From an uncultured Candidatus Saccharibacteria bacterium (GTDB taxonomy: Bacteria > Patescibacteriota > Dojkabacteria > GCA-016699595 > JBAXKR01): a stretch of 64,000 nucleotides of DNA. A program made the position numbers and the translations under genes. The notes beneath the pieces were generated by a model. That model did no database searches, was not told the DNA's origin, and saw only the letters and a program-made list of their open reading frames with translations. Below, one piece after another: positions 27,866 to 37,294 of this stretch. Location of the stretch: contig CAYSFE010000001.1 in NCBI GenBank assembly GCA_964430225.1, forward strand, positions 11,820-75,819, in the 5' to 3' direction. The stretch's first letter is position 1. Each line of letters begins with the position of its first letter.

Positions 27866-28218
27866 GTGTATACCTATCAGAAAACTACTCCCCTAGAGCA
27901 AGCATTCAAGTTTTAGCTGACATAGCATTTGAGGTAGACTGTTTAATAGATACAGGATTTTCAGGAGGTCTTCTACTTCCCATAACATATAAGAAGTATT
28001 TCAAGAAAGTTAAAACTTCTCTAAAACAGGAATACATCTTAGGAAATGGAAAGAAAGTAGAGTACTCGCTTTACTTAATAGAGGTAAAGTTTAATGGAAC
28101 TAGTAAGAAAGTGTTTACTCTATTTAACAGAAATGCTGACGCAATACTTGGAATAGAGTTTCTAAAGGGTTTGGATCTTGATTTAAACCTGAGAGAAAAT
28201 ACTATTACCTTATCCTAA
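27862..28218 (+). CDS. Clan AA (retropepsin-like) aspartic protease
   Basis: LIDTGFSG catalytic motif, ILGIEFL. Confidence 0.85.
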   Translation: MSVYLSENYSPRASIQVLADIAFEVDCLIDTGFSGGLLLPITYKKYFKKVKTSLKQEYILGNGKKVEYSLYLIEVKFNGTSKKVFTLFNRNADAILGIEFLKGLDLDLNLRENTITLS

Positions 28219-29160
28219 CTATTTCAAATAGTTTCTCATAGGAATAGTTTCAGAAGAATAGAATCTTTTCCAAACATATATATTGTTTAGATTAATATCA
28301 CTTTTACCTTCTATGATTGTGGCTGTATCATATCCAGCTTCTTTTACAAGCTTTACTACCTCTTCATTATATTTCCCATAAGGATAGCAAAAGTCTCTAA
28401 TCTTTATTCCTAGTTTCTTTTGTAATACATCTTTTGAATTAAATATCTGATATCTTAAATCTGCCTCTTTATATTTCATTGCTATTAGTTCAGCGTGATC
28501 CATTGTATGAGATCCAATATTAATAAGTCCTGATTCATGCATTTCAGTTAGTTGTTCCCAAGTAGCATAGTCTCCAGGAGTTCCTTTTCTATTAGGATCA
28601 TCTCTTCTACCTACAAAATTAGGCATAACATAGAAAGTAGCTTTCATGTTGTATTTTTTAAGTAGAGGGAATGCATGCTTATATATATCCTCATATCCAT
28701 CATCTATTGTAAGTAAAACATATTTTTTATCTTGTTTTATATTTCTTTTAAGTTTGTCACTTATCTCATATGGAAATATTGTTTCATATCCCTTATCTTG
28801 TATATCTTTCAAGTCAGCTTCAAATTTAGCTGGGCTCATTGATAGCCCTCTAAGTACAGAATCTTTAGGATCATTAATACTATCTGGATTTATATGATGA
28901 TACATCATAGAAGGAACTTTGTAGTTAATACTCATATCAGGAGTAGGAAATACCTCTTCTTCTGTAACATCACTCTTTAAATATTCTTTAGGATAGACTA
29001 TTAAAGGAGGGGTTGAAGATTTACTAGATGAGCTAGTTATTACAGTAGTAGCTATATCTTTACTTAAAACTGGTCTATTAAACTTATATGTGGCAAAAAC
29101 GAACAAGGTTAGTTCAACAAAAATTGACAACACTATCAGCAGTATATATTTTCTTTTCAC
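28219..29160 (-). CDS. Membrane-anchored polysaccharide deacetylase (CE4)
   Basis: MMYHH, LTIDDGY, GSHTMDH, FCYPYG. Confidence 0.92.
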   Translation of the reverse strand: MKRKYILLIVLSIFVELTLFVFATYKFNRPVLSKDIATTVITSSSSKSSTPPLIVYPKEYLKSDVTEEEVFPTPDMSINYKVPSMMYHHINPDSINDPKDSVLRGLSMSPAKFEADLKDIQDKGYETIFPYEISDKLKRNIKQDKKYVLLTIDDGYEDIYKHAFPLLKKYNMKATFYVMPNFVGRRDDPNRKGTPGDYATWEQLTEMHESGLINIGSHTMDHAELIAMKYKEADLRYQIFNSKDVLQKKLGIKIRDFCYPYGKYNEEVVKLVKEAGYDTATIIEGKSDINLNNIYVWKRFYSSETIPMRNYLK

Positions 29161-29164
29161 AATT

Positions 29165-29836
29165 TTATCTTATTAATATTATTGGGGTAAGTTCAGCACC
29201 TTGTCCCATTGGATTATCAAGAAGTATTCCTCGATAAAGTTCTTTCTTATCTTTAATAGCATCACTCATACCAAGTACTTCTGTGTTGATATTATTTCCA
29301 TCTATGATAATACTTGGAATCCCATATTTTGCTTCTATATCATTACAGAATTTGTCTGGTTCATTAGGGGGAAGCATGGCAAACTCATCAAATGGGGGAA
29401 TAGCCTTTGGATTAAATCCATCTATCTCAGATATATGATTTCCAGCTATTCTCCAAAAGTCTCCATGTCTTCCAAATAGTCTTGTAATACTTCCTAAAAT
29501 CATAGCTAGAATCATTCTAAGCTCACCTACTTGCCATATAGCTACTTGCATCTTAGCAGGATGCGAAAAACCAATATCATGTTCATATTTTCTTACTCCC
29601 TTTACCAGCAATCTAGCTAACAGACCTGGTTTAACTACTGATATATGTACAACTTTACCCTGACATATTGAAACAACTTTTTCAGATATAGCCATAACAT
29701 CACCTTTCTTAAACTCAGGTAAGACATATTTCTGAATAATCTTATCAAAGTCTTCTTTAAGAGCAATAAGGTGAGTATGAATATGTATTCTCTCAAACTT
29801 AGCTCCTTCGAAAGTCGCGGTAGTTGTTGTATTCAT
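29165..29836 (-). CDS. Coenzyme F420-0:L-glutamate ligase-like (CofE-fold) protein
   Basis: GDVMAISEKVVSICQG, SEIDG, IIDGNN, DNPMGQGAELTPI. Confidence 0.8.
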   Translation of the reverse strand: MNTTTTATFEGAKFERIHIHTHLIALKEDFDKIIQKYVLPEFKKGDVMAISEKVVSICQGKVVHISVVKPGLLARLLVKGVRKYEHDIGFSHPAKMQVAIWQVGELRMILAMILGSITRLFGRHGDFWRIAGNHISEIDGFNPKAIPPFDEFAMLPPNEPDKFCNDIEAKYGIPSIIIDGNNINTEVLGMSDAIKDKKELYRGILLDNPMGQGAELTPIILIR

Positions 29837-29900
29837 AAAGGTAAGTCTAGTAATATATACCTAGTATTATACTTTAATTTAGCCATACAAAAAAGAGCAC

Positions 29901-30548
29901 ATGAAATTTCTAACTTCCTCTATTTCCTTAATATTTGTAAACCTTTTACCAATACTTGGGGCCATATTTTTAGGTTGGGATATATATACACTTCTTCTCA
30001 TATATTGGTCAGAAAATGTAGTAGTAGGAATATTTACAGTTATTAAAATACTTAAAGCCGAGAATATATTAGATAGAAATGGAAAGTATAAGATAGAGGT
30101 GATTAAACCTCAAACAGACCCTGCAAAAGAAAATGATAAGAAGGGGAGTTACTTAGGAGCATTTCTATTTACCTATGGTGGTTTCTGTTTGATTCATGGA
30201 ATAATTTTAATGACTATAGTTTCAACTGAAGTTGTAAATATTATAGCCTTAATTTTAAATATGGTAATTGGTTTTGCACTAATATTTATAAGTCATTTAA
30301 TTTCATATAAGACTAACTATATTGACAAAGAAGAGTATAAGAATACATCTGTTGTAGAAATATTTATTAGATCATTTAAAAGAATCTTTATCATCCAGTT
30401 CACGATGGTAATTCTTTTCTTTCTCTTAAGAGGAGTGGACAACCTAATTGCAGTAAGCGTAATGGTAGTTATTAAAATAATTGCGGATCTAATTGGACAC
30501 CGTAGTGAACATATGACGATAAAGAGAGTTACTTTTACCCTTGATTAA
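29901..30548 (+). CDS. DUF6498-like membrane protein
   Basis: NLLPILG..FLGWD...L..YWSEN, YGGFCLIHG, KRIFIIQ. Confidence 0.8.
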   Translation: MKFLTSSISLIFVNLLPILGAIFLGWDIYTLLLIYWSENVVVGIFTVIKILKAENILDRNGKYKIEVIKPQTDPAKENDKKGSYLGAFLFTYGGFCLIHGIILMTIVSTEVVNIIALILNMVIGFALIFISHLISYKTNYIDKEEYKNTSVVEIFIRSFKRIFIIQFTMVILFFLLRGVDNLIAVSVMVVIKIIADLIGHRSEHMTIKRVTFTLD

Positions 30549-30595
30549 TGGGTAGAAAATATTCTTGACATTTTCTCTAAAAGTAATATATTGGT

Positions 30596-30705
30596 AATGG
30601 AACTGAATGTCGGAAAGGCTTCCGCAAATCTGTGTGAAGATAGCCCTTAAAAGCTATACTTGCTCTGATTGATTGAGAAATGCCGCTCTCACAGTTCCAT
30701 TTTTA
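30596..30705 (+). ncRNA. Putative stand-alone structured RNA of unknown family
   Basis: 10-bp terminal helix AATGGAACTG/CAGTTCCATT, internal hairpins, upstream TTGACA-16-TATATT, 3' T tract, GC-richer than flanks, between convergent genes. Confidence 0.6.
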
Positions 30706-30714
30706 TTGCTTATC

Positions 30715-31677
30715 TTATTTCTCTATTAACTTATTCATTAATTGATTAGCAGATGTTTCGTCTAATGGGTTTTGAGATACAATCATTACTTGAACATCAT
30801 TGTTATTAAATATAATTATTTCATTTTTATTCTCCGTAGTTGGAACTGTTAAATAAGCATTCTTATTAAGTTTAGTAAGATATATTTCCTTATACTCATA
30901 TTTGCTTATTACTTTATTAATATCTTTATCGACATCAGCACCTTGGTCATATGATTGAGTAAGAATAATATTATTTCCTCCATTTTTATCTATGATTGTC
31001 TGATAAACAGTTATTGGTGAACTTTCATAATTCACCAATAACCCAGAAACCATTTGACCACTTGTTCTTTTTGCCAAATCAAATACCAATACTGGTTTTC
31101 CAACCTTAAAAGATACAGAACTATATCCATAGTCATTTGTTAGCAGATCATAGAAACAAAATATAGTTGAAGCTATCGCAATAATTAAAGGAAATATACA
31201 AAATATTGTTAAAAACCATTTACTCTTTTTTCCTAAATTAGCGACTTCACCATTACTTGATTTAAGACCCAACAAAAGAAGAACTACTGATACAACAAAT
31301 ATTACTATTAACACATACCCAAAGAAATTGAGTTGTAAAGGAATTGGACTAAAAGAGTTAATAAAAGAGATATTAAAAACATTTATTAAAACCATACTTA
31401 AAACAGATGTGCCTAAGGCTAATATTAGAAATTTCCTATCAGCAAATCTTGCCTTAATAGAGAAATAGAAAGAGATAAAGACTACTAAAGAAGTTAGAAA
31501 TGGGAAGATGATAAGTCCTGAATTACTCATCCAAAACTCAGCAAAAGGTGAGGTAAGTGCTACAAGAGCAATATATGTAAGAACAATCTGAAATATAATT
31601 AAAATTGAATTCCAAAGACCCACCAAATTAAATATCATAAGTAACCACCATCCAATCTTGTATGCCTTACTTGTCAT
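30715..31677 (-). CDS. Multi-TM membrane protein with C-terminal soluble domain
   Basis: About 5 hydrophobic helices in the first 180 aa. Confidence 0.65.
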   Translation of the reverse strand: MTSKAYKIGWWLLMIFNLVGLWNSILIIFQIVLTYIALVALTSPFAEFWMSNSGLIIFPFLTSLVVFISFYFSIKARFADRKFLILALGTSVLSMVLINVFNISFINSFSPIPLQLNFFGYVLIVIFVVSVVLLLLGLKSSNGEVANLGKKSKWFLTIFCIFPLIIAIASTIFCFYDLLTNDYGYSSVSFKVGKPVLVFDLAKRTSGQMVSGLLVNYESSPITVYQTIIDKNGGNNIILTQSYDQGADVDKDINKVISKYEYKEIYLTKLNKNAYLTVPTTENKNEIIIFNNNDVQVMIVSQNPLDETSANQLMNKLIEK

Positions 31678-32378
31678 ATTTTAGAGTTTAAATATAATTT
31701 ACGAGTAGTTTCATCAAACTTTTCTATGGAATATCTTAGCATTGTTCTAGGCATAGTCATATATCTGTCTTTTAAATACTTTTTTAAAATTTCTTCACCA
31801 CACTTTTTACCAATTTCTCTTAGCATCCACCCACACGCCTTATGCATCAAATCCTCTTTATCTTTCATAAGTATATCAACTAGTTTGAAAGTAATATCAG
31901 GATCTTGGTCATATATGAATATTGAAGTTGCTAAAACAGCAATTCTTCTTTCCCATAACAATTTGGACTTAGCTAGTTTTAAAAGTATTTTCTCTCTATC
32001 TTTCTTATCCATTAAAAACTTTCCTACAATCCTTGGAGCACTTAGATCTACTAAGTCCCAGTTGTTAATATATTTAGTATGAGATAAATAGTAGGAATAG
32101 ATATTCTTTCTAATCTTTTCATCCTTAGCTTTTTCAAATCTCTTAACTAGTATTAAAAGAGCTATTAATCTTTCTTCATGATAGGGACTTGTAAGAATAT
32201 TTTCTAAGTCTTTATCAGAAATATCTATTAACTCTTTAACAAGTATTCTACATGTTGGAACTGTTAAACCTAAGAATTTATCACCTTCACCATACTCACC
32301 TTTACCCGTCTTAAAGAATCTGGATAGATTTTTTGCCCTTTCTTTATCCCCATATTTCCTAATTTCTTTTATCTCCAT
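31674..32378 (-). CDS. DNA alkylation repair protein (AlkD-like)
   Basis: RFFKTGKGEYGEGDKFLG, INNWDLVDLSA, LWERRIA, HKACGWMLREIGK, MPRTMLRY. Confidence 0.93.
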   Translation of the reverse strand: MEIKEIRKYGDKERAKNLSRFFKTGKGEYGEGDKFLGLTVPTCRILVKELIDISDKDLENILTSPYHEERLIALLILVKRFEKAKDEKIRKNIYSYYLSHTKYINNWDLVDLSAPRIVGKFLMDKKDREKILLKLAKSKLLWERRIAVLATSIFIYDQDPDITFKLVDILMKDKEDLMHKACGWMLREIGKKCGEEILKKYLKDRYMTMPRTMLRYSIEKFDETTRKLYLNSKI

Positions 32379-32453
32379 ATATATTTCTTCATATATAATT
32401 CATAATTAGGAGATATAATAGGACAATTAATTAGAAATATAAAGGAAACAGAA

Positions 32454-33131
32454 ATGAGAATACTTTACGCTGAAGATGAAATTAAGATTAAGATGATAGT
32501 TGAGGACTCCCTTAAACTTGAGAAATACACAGTTGATGGATGTTTTGATGGTAAAAAAGCCTTAGAGCTATTTCGTCTTAATGACTACGACCTAGTCATA
32601 CTTGATCTCATGATGCCAGAACTAAGTGGTACTGAGGTTATGAAAAAGATAAGAGAGAAGAATAAAGAGATACCAATACTAGCTTTAACTGCTAAAGGTG
32701 ATACAGAAAGTATAGTAAGTAATATTGATCAAGGATTTGATGACTATCTTCCTAAACCATTTAAAATGGAAGAACTTAAAAGTAGAATAAGAGCACTCAT
32801 TAGAAGAAGTACTTCTAAAGAAACAGTACTACATGTAGATGATCTAACTCTTGATCCAAAACTCAAGAAAGTAGTTAGAGCTAAAAAAGAAATTAAACTA
32901 ACTGCTAAGGAATATGCAATACTTGAATATCTTTTAAGACATATAGGGGAGTTTAAGACATCGGCAGAATTAACTGATAATATATGGGATGTCGCTTCTG
33001 ATATAGACTCAAATGTAGTAGCAGCACATATTAAAAACTTAAAGCATAAGATAGAAAAAGATTTTCCTAAACTTAGAGAAATCATAATTTCAGAAAGAGG
33101 ATTTGGATATAAAATAGAAAATGATAAATAA
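32454..33131 (+). CDS. OmpR-family response regulator
   Basis: AEDE, ILDLMMP, LTAK, DDYLPKPF, winged helix ERGFGY. Confidence 0.95.
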   Translation: MRILYAEDEIKIKMIVEDSLKLEKYTVDGCFDGKKALELFRLNDYDLVILDLMMPELSGTEVMKKIREKNKEIPILALTAKGDTESIVSNIDQGFDDYLPKPFKMEELKSRIRALIRRSTSKETVLHVDDLTLDPKLKKVVRAKKEIKLTAKEYAILEYLLRHIGEFKTSAELTDNIWDVASDIDSNVVAAHIKNLKHKIEKDFPKLREIIISERGFGYKIENDK

Positions 33132-34017
33132 TGAATTTGAAAAAACAAGATTTAAGATAGCAGGACTTTTCTTTGCTATCTTTTTTATCCTTGTCTCCAT
33201 CATAAATATTGTAAACATATCTAGACAAAACTTTGGAATAGGTAGATTAGAAGAAGTAAGAGGAATGGGAGGGATTGGAAGGATGATTAACGACGAGATA
33301 TTTAAACAAAGACTTGAAGAACAAAGAGAGAGAGTAATAACTGATGCAATAATTCTTGAACTCTCTCTATCAGTACTTGGTGCAATCATTTCATACATAC
33401 TTTCTGACTATGTTTTACGACCTATTAAACTTAACATTGAGAATCAAAGGAGATTCTTAAGTTTTGCATCTCATGAACTTAAAACACCAATAACTACAAT
33501 ATCTCTACTATCTGAATCAGATAAATCAGAGAAGATGAAAAGTATTAATGAAGAAGCCGAAAAACTAAGTCTTCTAACTTCTAAATACCTAGAGATCATA
33601 ACTACAGACAAGAATAGAGAGGTAAAAGAAGTTGATATAGAGAAAATAATCTCACATACAATAGATCAGTTTAGAAAGACAATAGATCAAGAAAATATAA
33701 AAGTAGAAAATGTCACTCCTAAAGATATAAAAATAAGAACATATGAAGATGATTTAAAGATAGTACTTAGAAACATAATAGAGAATGCTACAAAGTATGT
33801 AGGAGAACCAAAGTACATTAAAATTTCTTCAACACTTCTTAATGACGTCTTAACAATAACTGTAATTAACTCAATATCTAGTTCTAACTACAAAAAAGGA
33901 TATGGACTTGGAAGCGAGATCATCAAATATCACTCTTCTCAAAGTAACTTTAAATACTCGTTTAATAAAACAAATAAAGAAGGAATTAGTACTTTAGAAA
34001 TTAAGAATATAAACTAA
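33121..34017 (+). CDS. Sensor histidine kinase
   Basis: Two TMs, H box ASHELKTPIT, N box NIIENATKY, GYGLG; G1 box degenerate. Confidence 0.88.
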   Translation: MINNEFEKTRFKIAGLFFAIFFILVSIINIVNISRQNFGIGRLEEVRGMGGIGRMINDEIFKQRLEEQRERVITDAIILELSLSVLGAIISYILSDYVLRPIKLNIENQRRFLSFASHELKTPITTISLLSESDKSEKMKSINEEAEKLSLLTSKYLEIITTDKNREVKEVDIEKIISHTIDQFRKTIDQENIKVENVTPKDIKIRTYEDDLKIVLRNIIENATKYVGEPKYIKISSTLLNDVLTITVINSISSSNYKKGYGLGSEIIKYHSSQSNFKYSFNKTNKEGISTLEIKNIN

Positions 34018-34132
34018 GCTTTCTTCATATTCCCTTCACTTTACATATATATACTTTACTTAATCTTAAATCATTTCAAATTCTAGAAAATTGATTTGAT
34101 GGAAAGAGAAATTTACTTTTTATTTTATTCAA

Positions 34133-34684
34133 ATGAATAAAGCACTAAAAATAGGTGCTATCTCAGTAGTCTCAGTAGCATTACTTGGACTAAGTGGGAT
34201 AATGGCCTTTCAAGGAGCTACTGTATATGCAGCAACTCCAACTAATACCGTATTTGAAAAGGTATTAGAGAAACTAGGTATTAAGAATGTAACAGCAGAT
34301 CAATTAAAGACTGCTCTTGATACTTCAAGAGATGAAGTAAGAAAGACTGAACTTGAAACAAGACTTTCTGAAGCAGTAACTGCTAAAAAGCTAACACAAG
34401 CGCAAGCTGACTTAGCTAAGAAACTTTTTACTGTTAGAGAGACACAAAGAGAAGCAATGAGAACAAAGATGGAGGCAATGACAGATGCTGAGAGAGAAGC
34501 ATTAAGAGGAACAAGACCAATGCAAGCTGACAAGGATGCAGTTGCAAAGGAATTAGGAATATCAGTAACTGATTTAACTAACTTAGAAACAGCATTAAGA
34601 GAAGCAGATGTTGTTCCAATGCAAGGTAGAGGTATGGGAATGGGTAAAGGAATGGGAGAAGGTAGAATGATGAGAGGTCAATAA
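34133..34684 (+). CDS. Secreted helical protein with Met/Gly/Arg-rich tail (Spy/CpxP-like character)
   Basis: Signal peptide ..VYAA; EAV.AKKLTQAQAD; GRGMGMGKGMG tail. Confidence 0.6.
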   Translation: MNKALKIGAISVVSVALLGLSGIMAFQGATVYAATPTNTVFEKVLEKLGIKNVTADQLKTALDTSRDEVRKTELETRLSEAVTAKKLTQAQADLAKKLFTVRETQREAMRTKMEAMTDAEREALRGTRPMQADKDAVAKELGISVTDLTNLETALREADVVPMQGRGMGMGKGMGEGRMMRGQ

Positions 34685-34705
34685 AAGACTTATACTCATT
34701 CGAAC

Positions 34706-34734
34706 AAAAGACCATGAGAAATCATGGTCTTTTT
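34706..34734. terminator. Bidirectional intrinsic terminator
   Basis: AAAAGACCATGA-GAAA-TCATGGTCTTTTT between convergent genes. Confidence 0.88.
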
Positions 34735-34745
34735 GTTAAATACTC

Positions 34746-35165
34746 TTAAAGTAATACTGCTATTACTCCAGCAAGTACAAATATAACTAACTGATACCCA
34801 GCATCAATAAGGAAAAGTCTTCTAGGTCTTTGAGCAAATACATAGTTCATTGCCATAGAAGTAACTACAAATGCTAACCACATTTTAGCTCCTAATATTA
34901 AACCACCCTGCCATGTATGTAGGTTAAGTCTTGTAGCGAGATAGTCCATAAACACACCAATTACTAAACTAGCTATGATAGAAACAACATAACCTACTGC
35001 TGGAGCTTTCTTCATAGACTCTGCATTTAATCCAACATCACTCATCCATTTCTTACCAAATACTTGCACTGAATACCACACCATACCTACTGCCATAACC
35101 ATGACGGCCACTGCAACAGGAACAAGGGGATTCACTTGCATTAATGCGTTTAAATTCAGCATCAA
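34746..35165 (-). CDS. DUF1761 membrane protein
   Basis: GMVWYS..VFGKKW, FLIDAGYQL. Confidence 0.85.
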   Translation of the reverse strand: MMLNLNALMQVNPLVPVAVAVMVMAVGMVWYSVQVFGKKWMSDVGLNAESMKKAPAVGYVVSIIASLVIGVFMDYLATRLNLHTWQGGLILGAKMWLAFVVTSMAMNYVFAQRPRRLFLIDAGYQLVIFVLAGVIAVLL

Positions 35166-35233
35166 TGTAAAGTAATATATAAATACCTGATACTATAATG
35201 AATTTAATAGAAATACAATAAAGAACTTTACCC

Positions 35234-35764
35234 TTAAAGAGTCAATATTTCCTTAGATATACTCTCTTCAAATTTAGGAAGTACTTCAGAATAGTTATCA
35301 TTCCTAATCTCTGGGATATTAATTTCACCTGACAAAGTAAGGTTTAATTCTTCAAAGATTGGAAGCATTGCAGTAATAGCTCTTCTACCTGCATTCTTTC
35401 CGATTGAGTAACTAATACCTAATACTTTCTTACCATTCCATTCTTTCATAAACCATTCAAAGAAACTTACCATACTTGCTGGCAAAGTATGATTATATTC
35501 AGGGGTAACTACAATATATGAGGTTGCATCATTCACTCTTTTAGCCCATTCATTTGCTTTAGGATTAGAGTACTCCTTCTTTGACATATTTAATCCCATT
35601 GGAGACATAGACTCAGAGTATAGTCCAAGATCAAAATCTCTAAGATCTACATAGTCTACCTTGGTGTCAGGAAGTTTTGAGGCGATATCCGCTACAAACC
35701 TCGATACCTTATCTCCAACTCTCCCTTCTCTTGTTGAAACTGAAAATATCATTATGTTTTTCAT
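35234..35764 (-). CDS. NAD(P)H-dependent FMN reductase
   Basis: STREGRVG, VTPEYNH, EWNGK, SYS. Confidence 0.88.
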   Translation of the reverse strand: MKNIMIFSVSTREGRVGDKVSRFVADIASKLPDTKVDYVDLRDFDLGLYSESMSPMGLNMSKKEYSNPKANEWAKRVNDATSYIVVTPEYNHTLPASMVSFFEWFMKEWNGKKVLGISYSIGKNAGRRAITAMLPIFEELNLTLSGEINIPEIRNDNYSEVLPKFEESISKEILTL

Positions 35765-35899
35765 ATATGAAATTTAAGAAATAAATTATGGGAACCAAAT
35801 CCCATTAGGGAAGTATAGTTATGTGAGGGATACAATATATATCTTTTGTCTTTTTAATATATATATGGTATTTAGACTTTGTACCTTTTAACTCTCTTA

Positions 35900-37285
35900 A
35901 TGAAACAAGATACTTTAAAAGCTGTTTCCCCTATAGATGGTAGATACTATGAGAGCACCTCTGCACTTAATCCATATGTTTCCGAATACGCCTTAATATA
36001 TTTTAGAATTGAAATAGAAGTAAGATATTTAGAAGCTCTCTCAAAAGAGGGAATTATTAGAAAATTTAGTGCAAAAGAATTAAAACTTCTAAAAGATATA
36101 TATGAGATAAAGAGTGAGAGTGAAGCAAACAAGGTAAAAGAAATAGAGGATAAAGTTAGACATGATGTAAAAGCCGTAGAGATATATTTAAGAGAAAAGC
36201 TTAAAAGTACATCACTAAAAGATGTAATAGAATATCTTCACTTTGCTCTTACATCTGAAGACATCAACAACATCGCATATAGACTTACACTAAAGAGAGG
36301 ATTTGAAAGTGTAGCATTACCTAAATATAGGTCTCTACTTAATAGTTTTCTAGATTTCTCTGAAGAGAATATGGGTTTACCAATGCTTGCTCGTACTCAT
36401 GGACAAGATGCAATCCCTACGACTCTTGGAAAAGAAACTTGTGTCTTTGCTTTAAGGCTATACAAAGAAATTAAAAAGATTGAAAAACTTAAACTTACAG
36501 GGAAACTGAGTGGAGGAGTTGGAACATACGCGAGTTTCACTCTTACATATCCTAAAACTGATTGGATAAAGTTCTCAAAGAACTTCATTGAGTCTTTTGA
36601 TCTAGAGTTTAATGTTCTCACTACTCAAATAAATCCACTCGATGATATTGTAGAATACCTTCAAACACTACATAGGATTAATAGTATTCTCTTAGGTTTT
36701 AATCAAGATATGTGGAGATACATTTCAGATGGATGGCTTACACAAAAGGTAGATAAAACAAGTGTTGGTTCTTCTACAATGGCTCAAAAGATAAATCCAA
36801 TAAACTTTGAGAATAGTGAAGGAAATATACAGGTTGTAAATAGCTTAATTGAAGGTCTAGTGAGATCCCTACCAATATCTCGTTTACAACGAGATCTATC
36901 TGGAAGTACTGTTATTAGAAACATCTCAACAATACTAGCTCATGAGATATTAATCTTTGATGGAACTCTTAAAGGTATATCTAAAGTGAAAGCTAATCAT
37001 GAGCTCATTACTACATATCTAACTTCAAACTACTCAATCCTATCTGAAGCAGCACAGATAATACTTAGAAAACATGGAATTAAAGATGGTTATGAAGTGA
37101 TAAAACAAAAAACGATGGGAGAGGAACTAAGTAAGAATGAATGGGAAGAGATGATAAATGGTTTAGATATTTCTAAGAAGATAAAGAATAACATCCTTTC
37201 AGTCACACCTCTTAACTACTTAGGATACTCAGAAAAAATAACTAAAAGTACTATTAATACTATTCGTAAATATTTAATTCTTTAA
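35900..37285 (+). CDS. purB: Adenylosuccinate lyase
   Basis: SPIDGRY, HDVKAVE, HFALTSEDIN, ARTHGQ, GSSTMAQKINPINFEN, SRLQRDLS; start placed at ATG 35900. Confidence 0.96.
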   Translation: MKQDTLKAVSPIDGRYYESTSALNPYVSEYALIYFRIEIEVRYLEALSKEGIIRKFSAKELKLLKDIYEIKSESEANKVKEIEDKVRHDVKAVEIYLREKLKSTSLKDVIEYLHFALTSEDINNIAYRLTLKRGFESVALPKYRSLLNSFLDFSEENMGLPMLARTHGQDAIPTTLGKETCVFALRLYKEIKKIEKLKLTGKLSGGVGTYASFTLTYPKTDWIKFSKNFIESFDLEFNVLTTQINPLDDIVEYLQTLHRINSILLGFNQDMWRYISDGWLTQKVDKTSVGSSTMAQKINPINFENSEGNIQVVNSLIEGLVRSLPISRLQRDLSGSTVIRNISTILAHEILIFDGTLKGISKVKANHELITTYLTSNYSILSEAAQIILRKHGIKDGYEVIKQKTMGEELSKNEWEEMINGLDISKKIKNNILSVTPLNYLGYSEKITKSTINTIRKYLIL

Positions 37286-37294
37286 TATATCTTT

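Noticed and set aside
30596-30705. SRP RNA, tmRNA, RNase P RNA or riboswitch
   Set aside because: No SRP helix-8 motif, no tRNA-like ends, too short and lacking the P4 motif for RNase P, and no same-strand downstream gene.
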